From Bdellovibrionales bacterium (GTDB lineage: Bacteria; Bdellovibrionota; Bdellovibrionia; Bdellovibrionales; UBA1609): 64,000 nt of DNA. This document shows, piece after piece, positions 1 through 8,799 of the stretch. Each line of letters starts with the position of its first letter. The stretch's first letter is position 1. The position numbers were made by a program, and so were the translations under genes. A model generated the notes under the pieces. That model saw only the letters and a program-made list of their open reading frames with translations. It was not told where the DNA came from and did no database searches. Location: positions 5,019-69,018 of the forward strand of contig JAKUPT010000004.1 in NCBI GenBank assembly GCA_022450595.1, written 5' to 3'.

Positions 1-561
1 CTGGCTGGGTGTTTAAATATTGAAGCCAGCATTAAATCCGCTCGATTTGTTCGTTTTTGTGATGCCTTTAATATTCCCATTGTGACTTTTGTTGATGTGC
101 CTGGATTTTTACCTGGAACCGATCAAGAGTGGAACGGGATCATCACACATGGAGCAAAACTTCTGTACGCCTATGCCGAAGCCACCGTTCCTAAAATCAC
201 TTTGATCACAAGAAAAGCCTACGGTGGCGCTTATGATGTTATGAGCTCTAAGCACTTGCGCGGTGATGTGAACTTGGCTTACCCAAGTTCAGAAATTGCC
301 GTTATGGGAGCTGAGGGTGCTGTTAATATTATTTTTAGAAATCAAATTAAAGAGGCAAAAGACCCTGAAGCCGAACGTCAAAAACTGATTGCAGAGTACG
401 AAGAGCGTTTTGCCAATCCATATGTTGCCGCAGAAATTGGCTACGTGGATGAGGTTATAGAGCCTGCAATGACTCGTAAGCGTATCATTGATTCTTTAGA
501 GATTTTGAAAAACAAAAAAGACACGAACCCGCCAAAAAAACATGGCAACATTCCTCTATAA
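1..561 (+). CDS. pccB: acyl-CoA (propionyl-CoA) carboxylase beta subunit / carboxyltransferase, C-terminal part (5' end lies outside window)
   Basis: The frame is open from nt 1 ([81 protein letters not shown]...). This is the conserved carboxyltransferase core of the PccB / 12S family. Biotin carboxylase, BCCP and mutase genes follow. Confidence 0.85.
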   Translation: MAGCLNIEASIKSARFVRFCDAFNIPIVTFVDVPGFLPGTDQEWNGIITHGAKLLYAYAEATVPKITLITRKAYGGAYDVMSSKHLRGDVNLAYPSSEIAVMGAEGAVNIIFRNQIKEAKDPEAERQKLIAEYEERFANPYVAAEIGYVDEVIEPAMTRKRIIDSLEILKNKKDTNPPKKHGNIPL

Positions 562-572
562 AGGGAGAGTTA

Positions 573-2075
573 ATGATGTTTAAAAAAGTTTTAATAGCAA
601 ACAGAGGCGAAATAGCCGTTCGGGTGATTAGAAGTTGTCGGGAAATGGGCATTCAAACCGTGGCTGTGTTTTCAGAAGCCGACCGTAACAGCTTACACGT
701 AATGCTTGCTGATGAAGCCTACCATATTGGTCCAGCTCCAAGTGTAGACTCTTATTTAAGAATTGATAAAATTATTGATGTGGCTAAAAAATCTGGAGCT
801 GATGCGGTTCATCCTGGTTACGGCTTTTTAAGTGAAAAGGCTGATTTTGCCCGCGCCCTTAAAAAAGCAGGAATTGTTTTTATCGGTCCGACCGCTGAAA
901 ACATCGAAGCCATGGGTGATAAACTCGCCTCTAGAGAGCTTATGAAAGAAGCCGGAGTTCCAACAGTTCCTGGATCACCTGGGTCCATTCGTGATGCTGA
1001 TGAGGCGGTAAAAGCTTCTAATAAAATTGGATTTCCAGTGATTATTAAAGCCTCTGCTGGCGGTGGCGGTAAGGGCATTCGTGTGGTTCATGATCCCAAA
1101 GACTTGCCCAGTGCTTTCAGAGCCTGTCAGTCTGAAGGTAAAAACTATTTTGGCGACGACCGAGTTTTTATTGAACGATTTATCCAAAATCCAAAGCATA
1201 TTGAAGTGCAAGTTTTTGGAGACACTCACGGCAACGTCATCCATTTGTTTGAACGAGAGTGCTCTGTGCAAAGGCGTCATCAAAAGTTAATTGAAGAGGC
1301 TCCTAGTATTTCGGTACCCGAAAAGGTTCGACAACAACTTGGTGCTGTGGCCGTAAAAGCTGCCCAATCTATTAGCTATATTGGTGCTGGAACCATTGAA
1401 TTTATTTTTGATAATAACACTAAAGAGTTCTTCTTTATGGAGATGAACACTCGCCTTCAAGTGGAACACCCGGTGACAGAAATGATTACCGGTGTAGACC
1501 TGGTTCGTGAACAGATTCAGGTGGCTCAGGGAGAAAAGCTCTCTATCACACAAGATGAGATTCAAAAAAACGGGCACTCTATTGAACTAAGAATCTGTGC
1601 TGAAGACCCTATTACATTTATTCCCTCTCCTGGAAAAATCAGACTCTGCCGAATTCCTCAGGGCTCCTTTGTCAGAATGGACAGCTATGCCTATCCTGGC
1701 TATGAAATCCCTATTCACTATGACCCAATGATTGGCAAACTCATTGCCTGGGGTAAAAACCGTGAAGAATGTGTGGCAAGACTTCAAAGAGCTTTGGCCG
1801 AGTTTATGCTCACGGGTGTGAAGTCCAATATTGTTTTACATAAAAACATCTTAAACCATAAAAAATTCTTAGATGGCAGCTACACCACACAGTTTATTGA
1901 TCAAGAGATTGCCGACCGAGATCAACAAGAACTTTTTATGTTTGTTGATGAAAAAGTATTTTTAATCTCAGCGGCTATCACCGCTTTTAAAGACAATCAG
2001 TCTCGAGATATTCCGCAATACAACACTTTTAGTCGTTGGAAAAATTTAGCCCGTCGTGACGGATTAAGAAGATAA
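573..2075 (+). CDS. biotin carboxylase (ATP-grasp) subunit of an acyl-CoA carboxylase, equivalent to the BC + linker part of PccA
   Basis: 500 aa. N-terminus MFKKVLIANRGEIAVRVIRSCREMGI; motifs GYGFLSE, ASAGGGGKGIRVV and EMNTRLQVEHPVTE are typical of AccC/PccA biotin carboxylases. SD AGGGAGAG lies upstream. Confidence 0.9.
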   Translation: MMFKKVLIANRGEIAVRVIRSCREMGIQTVAVFSEADRNSLHVMLADEAYHIGPAPSVDSYLRIDKIIDVAKKSGADAVHPGYGFLSEKADFARALKKAGIVFIGPTAENIEAMGDKLASRELMKEAGVPTVPGSPGSIRDADEAVKASNKIGFPVIIKASAGGGGKGIRVVHDPKDLPSAFRACQSEGKNYFGDDRVFIERFIQNPKHIEVQVFGDTHGNVIHLFERECSVQRRHQKLIEEAPSISVPEKVRQQLGAVAVKAAQSISYIGAGTIEFIFDNNTKEFFFMEMNTRLQVEHPVTEMITGVDLVREQIQVAQGEKLSITQDEIQKNGHSIELRICAEDPITFIPSPGKIRLCRIPQGSFVRMDSYAYPGYEIPIHYDPMIGKLIAWGKNREECVARLQRALAEFMLTGVKSNIVLHKNILNHKKFLDGSYTTQFIDQEIADRDQQELFMFVDEKVFLISAAITAFKDNQSRDIPQYNTFSRWKNLARRDGLRR

Positions 2076-2087
2076 AGGAAGACATTT

Positions 2088-2612
2088 ATGCTTTTTGAAG
2101 CCGAAGTAAATGGTAAAAACTATGAAGTAAAAGTTAACGAAGCTCGTCAGCACTGGAAAGTGTCCATTAAAGAAGAGGATGCGGATTGGGTAAACTACGA
2201 GATTTCTAAAGAAGATTATCAATCTCTCGATAATACGATCAGTTTTATTTTTGAAAACAGCTCCTACCTTGTAGATGCTGTGGGCTCGGGCACAGAATAC
2301 ACCGTGTACACGCGAGGCGCTTACAGAGAGGTTAAAATTTTCAACGATGAAATGCTTTTACATGAAAGCTTAAAGTCTGGAAGTGCGATGGGAGACTCTG
2401 ACAGTCTGACCTCTGGTATGCCTGGAAAAATTGTAGAAGTTTTTGTTAAAGACGGTGAAGAAGTCACTAAGGATCAGCCGCTAATTATTATGGAAGCCAT
2501 GAAGATGGAAAATGAGATGCGAGCTTCTGCGGACGGAAAAGTCAAATCCGTGAATGTAAAGCCTGGAGATAACGTGGAGTCCGGGCAAACACTTATAAAT
2601 TTCGAACAATAA
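2088..2612 (+). CDS. biotin carboxyl carrier protein (biotinyl/lipoyl domain)
   Basis: 174 aa. C-terminal biotinyl domain with [12 protein letters not shown] (the AMKM biotinyl-lysine motif). SD AAGGAAG lies 7 nt upstream of the ATG. Confidence 0.8.
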   Translation: MLFEAEVNGKNYEVKVNEARQHWKVSIKEEDADWVNYEISKEDYQSLDNTISFIFENSSYLVDAVGSGTEYTVYTRGAYREVKIFNDEMLLHESLKSGSAMGDSDSLTSGMPGKIVEVFVKDGEEVTKDQPLIIMEAMKMENEMRASADGKVKSVNVKPGDNVESGQTLINFEQ

Positions 2613-2625
2613 AGGATCGTTTTTT

Positions 2626-4221
2626 ATGCAAAGAAAAGAGTCATTTAAAAATTCCAGTGGTGTTGAGCTAAAAGCTTTTTATGACAACAACGATTGGTCT
2701 GAAAAAAAAATGCAAGACTCTGGACTTTCAGATCCTGGTACTTACCCCTTCACGCGAGGGGTACAAGAAACCATGTACCGCGGCCGGCTTTGGACCATGC
2801 GACAGTACGCGGGCTTTGGCTCTGCAAAAGCCAGTAATGAACGATACAAAATGCTTCTTGAAAAAGGCACAACAGGCCTCAGTGTGGCTTTCGACCTACC
2901 CACACAAATGGGCTATGACTCCGACCATGTGATGTCTACAGGCGAAGTGGGTAAAGTTGGCGTGGCCATTAGCAGCATTGAAGACATGGAAATTTTATTA
3001 GATGACTTGCCCTTAGATAAAGTCTCTACCTCTATGACCATCAACTCTACGGCCGGGATTTTATTAGCTCTGTACGCCACTGTGGCGAAACGCCGTGGTG
3101 TGGATATGAAACAGCTTCGAGGCACCATTCAAAATGACATTTTAAAAGAGTATATTGCTCGAGGCACTTTTATTTATCCGCCAAAACCTTCTATGAGGCT
3201 CATTACTAATATCTTTGATTTTTGCACCGACAACATTCCAAGTTGGAACACAATTAGTATTTCTGGCTATCACATCAGAGAAGCTGGAAGTACAGCCGTT
3301 CAAGAAGTGGCCTTCACCCTTGCCAACGGAATCACTTATGTGCAAGCGGCGATTGATAGCGGGCTTGACGTGGATCAGTTTGCTAAGCGCTTGAGCTTTT
3401 TCTTTAATGTGCACAACAACTTTTTTGAAGAGACAGCTAAGTTCAGAGCCGCCCGAAGACTCTGGGCTAAAATCATGAAAGAACGATTTGGCGCTAAAGA
3501 CGAAAAGTCTATGAAGCTAAGATTTCACTCACAAGTGGCCGGCAGCACACTGACCGCACAACAGCCTGAAAACAACATTGTGCGTGTGTCTCTGCAAGCT
3601 ATGGCTTCAGTGCTTGGTGGAACTCAAAGCTTACACACAAACTCTATGGATGAAGCCTTAGGGCTTCCCACAGAAAAGTCCGCCACCATTGCCTTAAGAA
3701 CTCAGCAAATCATCGCCCACGAAACAGGAGTGGCCGATGTGGTTGACCCTCTAGCTGGCTCTTTTTATGTAGAAAGCCTCACTGACGAGATTGAACGCCA
3801 AGCTCAAGCCTACATTGACCGCATTGAAAACATGAATGGTGTGATTGCTTGTATTGAAAACGGCTGGATACAAAACGAAATACAATCTGCCGCTTACAAA
3901 TTTCAAATGGACCTTGAAAAAGGTGAAGAAATTGTTGTGGGTGTTAACCAATTTGTCGATAGCAAAAGTGAGCCCTTTGAAACATTAAAAATTCCTGAAG
4001 ACACGGCCAAAGAACAAATTCAACGCCTTAAAGCTTTTAAACAAAAACGTGATGACAAGCTTGTTCAAAAACAATTAGAAAAGCTCACCAATGCCGCTCA
4101 GTCGGACGACAACCTTATGCCACTTTTTATCGAAGCCGTTGATAACGACGTCACTTTAGGCGAAATCAGCGATGCACTTAGAAAAGTTTTTGGGCTCTAT
4201 AAAGAAAAAATCACACTTTAA
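2626..4221 (+). CDS. methylmalonyl-CoA mutase family, catalytic (substrate-binding TIM barrel) subunit without a B12-binding domain
   Basis: 531 aa. [65 protein letters not shown] is the hallmark MCM N-terminal domain. The protein ends before any DxHxxG cobalamin domain. Confidence 0.9.
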   Translation: MQRKESFKNSSGVELKAFYDNNDWSEKKMQDSGLSDPGTYPFTRGVQETMYRGRLWTMRQYAGFGSAKASNERYKMLLEKGTTGLSVAFDLPTQMGYDSDHVMSTGEVGKVGVAISSIEDMEILLDDLPLDKVSTSMTINSTAGILLALYATVAKRRGVDMKQLRGTIQNDILKEYIARGTFIYPPKPSMRLITNIFDFCTDNIPSWNTISISGYHIREAGSTAVQEVAFTLANGITYVQAAIDSGLDVDQFAKRLSFFFNVHNNFFEETAKFRAARRLWAKIMKERFGAKDEKSMKLRFHSQVAGSTLTAQQPENNIVRVSLQAMASVLGGTQSLHTNSMDEALGLPTEKSATIALRTQQIIAHETGVADVVDPLAGSFYVESLTDEIERQAQAYIDRIENMNGVIACIENGWIQNEIQSAAYKFQMDLEKGEEIVVGVNQFVDSKSEPFETLKIPEDTAKEQIQRLKAFKQKRDDKLVQKQLEKLTNAAQSDDNLMPLFIEAVDNDVTLGEISDALRKVFGLYKEKITL

Positions 4222-4239
4222 ATATATAGCCTTTTTGTT

Positions 4240-4411
4240 GGCTTCGAGTTCTTTATGAACTCCCTTTAAATTTCTGACTGCGCCTCTCAGGGCACGGCCT
4301 CCATGCCTCGCGGCCCGCGGCCCGCCGTGCACCGCGAGCAGCGAGGCATGGAGGCCGTGTCCTGAGAGGCAAAATCCTTCAGCAAAAAGGATTAAAAAAG
4401 AACTCGAAGCC
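4240..4411. repeat. nested GC-rich palindromic intergenic element (probable bidirectional terminator / REP-like element)
   Basis: Outer perfect 14-bp inverted repeat: GGCTTCGAGTTCTT (4240-4253) / AAGAACTCGAAGCC (4398-4411). Inner 30-nt arms are 4282-4311 and 4341-4370 (29/30 complementary) around a 29-nt GC-rich loop. The element sits between the convergent mutase and tatC genes. Its local GC is far above the flanks. Confidence 0.8.
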
Positions 4412-4415
4412 CCAA

Positions 4416-5162
4416 CTATTCACTCTGTTCAAGGTTTTGTTTTTTCTCGATCGCTTTTACTAAGTAAATGGAAAATTCAAAAAGTAGATATAAAGGTATT
4501 ATTAATAAGATTTGGCTGATCAGGTCCGGTGGCGTCACAATGGCTGAGACCAGGGCTATGATCACAATTGTGTAGCGACGACTGGCTTTTAGCATGTCGG
4601 AGCTCACGATTCCAAGGCGGCCAAGCACAGCTAAGATTAAAGGCATTTCAAAGGTTAAACCAAAAACTAATGTGGTGGTTGTGATAAATGAGAGGTATTC
4701 ATCGATTTTTATCATTGGCGTGTCTTTGTCTCCGCCGAAGGTCATTAAAAATTCAAAGGCTAAAGGGTAAACCACAAAATATACAAAGCTCACACCGGTT
4801 AAAAATAAAAACGTTCCAAATAAGATAAAGGCCACACCGTATTTACGCTCCTCTTTATAAAGTGCTGGAGAAATAAAAAGCCACAACTGATGCATCCAAA
4901 AAGGAGATGAAATAATAAAGCCTGAGAAAAGGGCCACTTTAATGTGGGCCATGAATTTATCCATGGGAGCTGTAAAAATTAAACCACCAGAGTCGGTTTT
5001 TAAAAAGGGAGAAATGGGTTGTCTTAAAAGATCAAAGATTTGGTCGGTGTACATCCAACTTATAGCAAAGCCAATGGCAATGAGTATAATGGAGCGGATC
5101 AAACACTTTCTAAGCTCTGTGAGGTGGTCAACAAGGGGTTGCTCTTGATCTTCAGGAGTCAT
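4416..5162 (-). CDS. tatC: twin-arginine translocase subunit TatC
   Basis: 248 aa, six hydrophobic segments. N-terminus ...PLVDHLTELRKCLIRSIILIAIGF matches the TatC HLxELRxRL signature. It overlaps the upstream tatA by 11 nt. Confidence 0.95.
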   Translation of the reverse strand: MTPEDQEQPLVDHLTELRKCLIRSIILIAIGFAISWMYTDQIFDLLRQPISPFLKTDSGGLIFTAPMDKFMAHIKVALFSGFIISSPFWMHQLWLFISPALYKEERKYGVAFILFGTFLFLTGVSFVYFVVYPLAFEFLMTFGGDKDTPMIKIDEYLSFITTTTLVFGLTFEMPLILAVLGRLGIVSSDMLKASRRYTIVIIALVSAIVTPPDLISQILLIIPLYLLFEFSIYLVKAIEKKQNLEQSE

Positions 5163-5445
5163 GAGTTGGCTCCTTTTTGTCCTCTTTTATTTCTTTCTTG
5201 GCATCATCTACAGAGGACTCCACTTGATGAATGTGTTTTTGCAAAGAGTCTTCTGTTTCATAAAAAGCTTTTTGAGTTTCGTTTTTCACGTCTTTAAGAG
5301 AGTCTGTAAGGTCTGAGGTTGCGTTTTTGAACTCATTTAAAGTCCTAGCAATCACCCTTGCCACTTCCGGCAGTTGCTTTGGGCCAATAAAAATCAGGGC
5401 CACCACACCAATTACAATAAGTTCAGGAAATCCTAGGTTAAACAT
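5152..5445 (-). CDS. tatA: twin-arginine translocase TatA/TatB/TatE-family subunit
   Basis: MFNLGFPELIVIGVVALIFIGPKQLPEVARVIARTLNEFKNATSDL is the canonical Tat TM helix plus amphipathic helix (FGPxKLPE...FK). I prefer the ATG at 5445 over the longest-ORF start at 5484, because Tat subunits begin directly at the MF..G motif. Confidence 0.85.
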   Translation of the reverse strand: MFNLGFPELIVIGVVALIFIGPKQLPEVARVIARTLNEFKNATSDLTDSLKDVKNETQKAFYETEDSLQKHIHQVESSVDDAKKEIKEDKKEPTHDS

Positions 5446-5518
5446 GCTGTAATTATAATTGGCTTTAGATAAAAAGCCAATCAATCTCTTTTTTGTGATT
5501 TATTTGGACTAAAGTTTA

Positions 5519-6136
5519 TTAGGCTTTTTTACGTTTTTCGACCTCGGCGTTGAGCAAGCCCTGTTTTTGAAGCTCTTCTTTTGCAAGCTCTGAACCGGTG
5601 AGCATATAGCGCTCATACAATCTTAGTAAGTCTTTGTTTGAGCTCTGTACACTTTCTTGGCTGATGATTGTAAGTACATCTACAAAATCCACAAATTTTT
5701 CACTAAACTCTTCAAAAATGCGAGCGTTTATATCTTCACTTGTAGTGGCAGCCAGTGTTCCGTAAGCCGTGCCCCCCATGTCGATGTAATAGTCTAGGTC
5801 GATAATTTTTCTTTTTAAAGAGTCACTAAAAAAACCACTGATGTATAAGCTTGTGTCTCCAAGTTTTTTTAACATCGAAATTCTTTTTTCTGGAGGTTGT
5901 TCGGCTTGTTGAGCGGTTAAATACATTTCAGCTAAAGTTTGTTTTTTGTGCTTACCGTCTTCTTGATCTTTTTCAAACAGGTTTTCAGTGAACATATAGT
6001 ACTCAAGTAAATCGACTAAGTAATTCACCGCCTGAGGAATAGTTTTTATCCCCCTACGATCAACTGCTGTTTGTACTTTTTCTTGAAAATAGTGTTTTGA
6101 AGAAACCAATAGTGTGTCAAATTCTTTAGCACTCAT
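5519..6136 (-). CDS. hypothetical cytoplasmic, acidic, helical protein (205 aa), first gene of a putative hyp-tatA-tatC operon
   Basis: Long ORF with no competing frame, on the same strand and 73 nt upstream of tatA (34 nt to the longest-ORF tatA start at 5484). It has no signal peptide and no motif I recognise. Confidence 0.6.
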   Translation of the reverse strand: MSAKEFDTLLVSSKHYFQEKVQTAVDRRGIKTIPQAVNYLVDLLEYYMFTENLFEKDQEDGKHKKQTLAEMYLTAQQAEQPPEKRISMLKKLGDTSLYISGFFSDSLKRKIIDLDYYIDMGGTAYGTLAATTSEDINARIFEEFSEKFVDFVDVLTIISQESVQSSNKDLLRLYERYMLTGSELAKEELQKQGLLNAEVEKRKKA

Positions 6137-6446
6137 ACTAGATCAACCCTCCTATTACACATATCGGAGTAATACATAGTATATTTTAACAGACACAAGC
6201 CGGATCTCTGTCAAACATGCATGAATTCTGTATTTTAGGCGAGGAAAATGTCTCAAAACAAAACAATAAGTAAAGCCTGATTAATAAGTGCTATAAGTAT
6301 CTTTTTGATAGCGGCTGAGAGCTGATTAAAAAGGCCATTTATAAAAATACAAATGACCCATGTGAACTTTTTATTTAATACTTTAAATCTCTAGTTTAAG
6401 AGTTTTTAAATCAAAACATAAAGTGTGAGAGGGGCTACTTTTAATT

Positions 6447-7652
6447 TTAAAGTGACACTCTCAACACAGCATAAAAAGCATCATCATCCGCGTATTTGGA
6501 ATTAATGTTTTTTATCGCATTATTGGCATTTTCGTAACGAAGCTGAACATTAATTGAGCTTGAAAAATAATGTTTAATGCCAAAACCATGTCTTTCAATA
6601 TAAGAACCTCTAAATTCTCTGTCTGGTAAAAAACGATCGTACTTATATTGTAATTCTGTCGTTGGATTTACGTTAATTGTAGTTAACCCAAACCAGCCTT
6701 CAGATCTTGATTTTGCAAACTCAGATGGGCTTGATCCTTCGAAGATTTTTGGTAATACTTCGGGATTCCAATATTTAGCCTCAGAATATTCCAATTGAAT
6801 AGAGCCTGTTGTTAAATCAAACAAAATTGGATCTAACAAAACAACAGAATAAACACTTCCAGCTACAGGTTGATCACGGTCTGTTGTAGAGTTTTTATCA
6901 AAAGAATGTTGCGAGTAACTTGCCCCTAAAACAATTGGGAGACTAATTGGAGTCCACCTTGCGTTCAATGACCCTCCCCACTCAATGGCATTGCCTTTAT
7001 CAAAATTTGCTTCGGTGGCTATTCCGTTAATAATCCCTAAATCGTAATGAAGAGTTGAATATGGATTGGCTGAAAACACGACGCCGGTTTCTTGAGTGTA
7101 CCACTCTGATTTTGTCATCATTTTTGTATATGTACGATGCTCATCGGTCATTAATCCAAATGGACGTTGAAATCGTCCAAGCATAATATATTGGGGCTTC
7201 CAAGAGGCTTCATAGTCTTCACGCATTTTAAAACGCAAATAAACATTATGACTATCAATTCCTGTAAAGCCCGCAATATTGTGTGTAGCGACTAATCTTG
7301 TTTCTACATCAGAGGTCTCATCGCCACCAGCCATTGGAGTAAGATTTAAGTTGGCTCCAACATTTAAGGCCATCAATCCCATACCACCACGAGCACTGCT
7401 TGCTTTTTTAGGATGGTAATATATGCCTCTCATGTCGACAGCGAATTTGTCTTGTGTAGCAAATTGATTAAGCTTTAGTCCACGACCACCAAAGGCTTTT
7501 CCTGTAACGGTTTTTAATCCACCGCCAAGTGGACTTACGTGGCACATGGTGCAGCTGTTAGATTTTGCACGAGCGGCATAGTGTGGCCTTGCATAGGTGT
7601 GTATTGAAAACAAAATAAGTAATATTGAATAAATCAATACTGTTTTAAGCAT
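6447..7652 (-). CDS. Cyc2-like fused monoheme c-type cytochrome / outer-membrane beta-barrel porin (architecture-based call)
   Basis: Signal peptide MLKTVLIYSILLILFSIHTYA. A single heme-c motif CTMCH at residues 34-38 (nt 7539-7553) sits in PHYAARAKSNSCTMCHVSPLGGG. About 360 aa follow with amphipathic beta-strand-like alternation, rich in Gly and aromatics, with no further Cys and no TM helices. The C-terminus is ...FYAVLRVSL. SD GGAGAG lies upstream. Confidence 0.6.
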   Translation of the reverse strand: MLKTVLIYSILLILFSIHTYARPHYAARAKSNSCTMCHVSPLGGGLKTVTGKAFGGRGLKLNQFATQDKFAVDMRGIYYHPKKASSARGGMGLMALNVGANLNLTPMAGGDETSDVETRLVATHNIAGFTGIDSHNVYLRFKMREDYEASWKPQYIMLGRFQRPFGLMTDEHRTYTKMMTKSEWYTQETGVVFSANPYSTLHYDLGIINGIATEANFDKGNAIEWGGSLNARWTPISLPIVLGASYSQHSFDKNSTTDRDQPVAGSVYSVVLLDPILFDLTTGSIQLEYSEAKYWNPEVLPKIFEGSSPSEFAKSRSEGWFGLTTINVNPTTELQYKYDRFLPDREFRGSYIERHGFGIKHYFSSSINVQLRYENANNAIKNINSKYADDDAFYAVLRVSL

Positions 7653-7741
7653 GGGGGACTCTCCTTAAAATGTGTACTCACCCCATTTGTATGGTATTTG
7701 ATTTGCAACGTCAAATTGCAGAAGTTGTAAACGACGATATT

Positions 7742-7763
7742 TCCTTCTTAAGTGTAAGAAGGA
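7742..7763 (+). promoter_or_regulatory. perfect 9-bp inverted repeat (hairpin or operator) just 5' of the cytochrome gene RBS
   Basis: TCCTTCTTA (7742-7750) - AGTG - TAAGAAGGA (7755-7763). It lies directly before the SD GGGAAGG and 17 nt before the ATG at 7780. Confidence 0.3.
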
Positions 7764-7779
7764 TAGGGAAGGTCATAAA

Positions 7780-8799
7780 ATGAAACTTAAACGGTTTTTA
7801 GGTATTATATTTCTTTCATTGTTTGGAATAATTTACTTTACAGCCTGTAGCGGAAAAAAGGTTAATTTGCAGCCATCCAGTGAACCTGCAGGTGCACAAA
7901 CTACTGATGGCGAAATCTCCTTTGCTGCTGTGAAACCACTTTTTAACCAATACTGTGTTCAGTGCCATATGAGCAGTGGTATGCCTGATCTGTCTGACTA
8001 TGAAAAGGCCAAGTCTGTCTCAACTAAAATCAAAAACTTTGTATCCTCTGGGTTTATGCCTCAACAGGGTTCTGAAGAAGCTCAAGCCATCTCCGATGAA
8101 GAGCGCAGTAAGATCATTAGCTGGGTCAATGCTGGTGCCCCTCTGGAAGCTGTTCAGGCGGCGCCTGAAGGTTCGGCTGGTATGAGTGCGGCCATTGAGT
8201 TACCACCATTATTGAATACAATTAACCAGTGCATGAACTGCCATGGTAACAATGGAGTGAGTTCTTCAGAAAACAATCCGAATCTTGCAGGACAGGATGA
8301 GCTGTACTTAAAAAAACAACTGCTTCACTTTAAAGATGGTCGTCGCAAAAACCAAACTATGAACGGCATTGCAAAAGATTTATCCAATGCCGAGATTGAT
8401 ATGCTGGCAAGCTTTTTTGGATCGCTTCAACCGAATGATCCGGAACAAGCCTTGGAAGAAACCTATGTGAAAATTTATGAATCTAAAAACATGCCCCAAG
8501 GAACAATGTCTTGTGTGGGCTGCCATGCCAATCCTACGTTTAAGGGCCAACCACTTAAAACTATCACTGATGACAATGGAGCTCCGATACCGGTTCCCGC
8601 TATTAGTGGGCAAAAATCTAGCTACATAGTGAGCCAGTTTCAAAACTACTATAATGGTGACCGTAAAATTGCGATCATGCAACAGATTGCCATTCAACAC
8701 CCCTTCGTGAACAAAGAAACCGGTGAGCTTAATGTGGATGAGATTCAACCGATCGCTGATTTTTTTAGTGAACTTCCAATAATCAATGTGAACGACTAA
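7780..8799 (+). CDS. tri-heme c-type cytochrome lipoprotein (N-terminal PSCyt1-like monoheme domain + c4-like diheme module)
   Basis: Signal/lipobox ...IIYFTAC-SGKK. Three CxxCH motifs: CVQCHM, CMNCHG and CVGCHA. Domains 2-3 carry NLAGQ..Y..KQL..FKDGRR and ISGQKSSYIVSQFQNYYNGDRK, typical of class I / c4 cytochromes. Confidence 0.8.
   Translation: MKLKRFLGIIFLSLFGIIYFTACSGKKVNLQPSSEPAGAQTTDGEISFAAVKPLFNQYCVQCHMSSGMPDLSDYEKAKSVSTKIKNFVSSGFMPQQGSEEAQAISDEERSKIISWVNAGAPLEAVQAAPEGSAGMSAAIELPPLLNTINQCMNCHGNNGVSSSENNPNLAGQDELYLKKQLLHFKDGRRKNQTMNGIAKDLSNAEIDMLASFFGSLQPNDPEQALEETYVKIYESKNMPQGTMSCVGCHANPTFKGQPLKTITDDNGAPIPVPAISGQKSSYIVSQFQNYYNGDRKIAIMQQIAIQHPFVNKETGELNVDEIQPIADFFSELPIINVND

Noticed and set aside
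818-1787. Several 66-102 aa ORFs on both strands inside the biotin carboxylase gene (818-1078, 975-1283, 1063-1290, 1287-1577, 1587-1787).
   Set aside because: They lie entirely inside a strongly conserved CDS in other frames. Their translations are low-complexity, carry no motifs and have no RBS. They are typical shadow ORFs.
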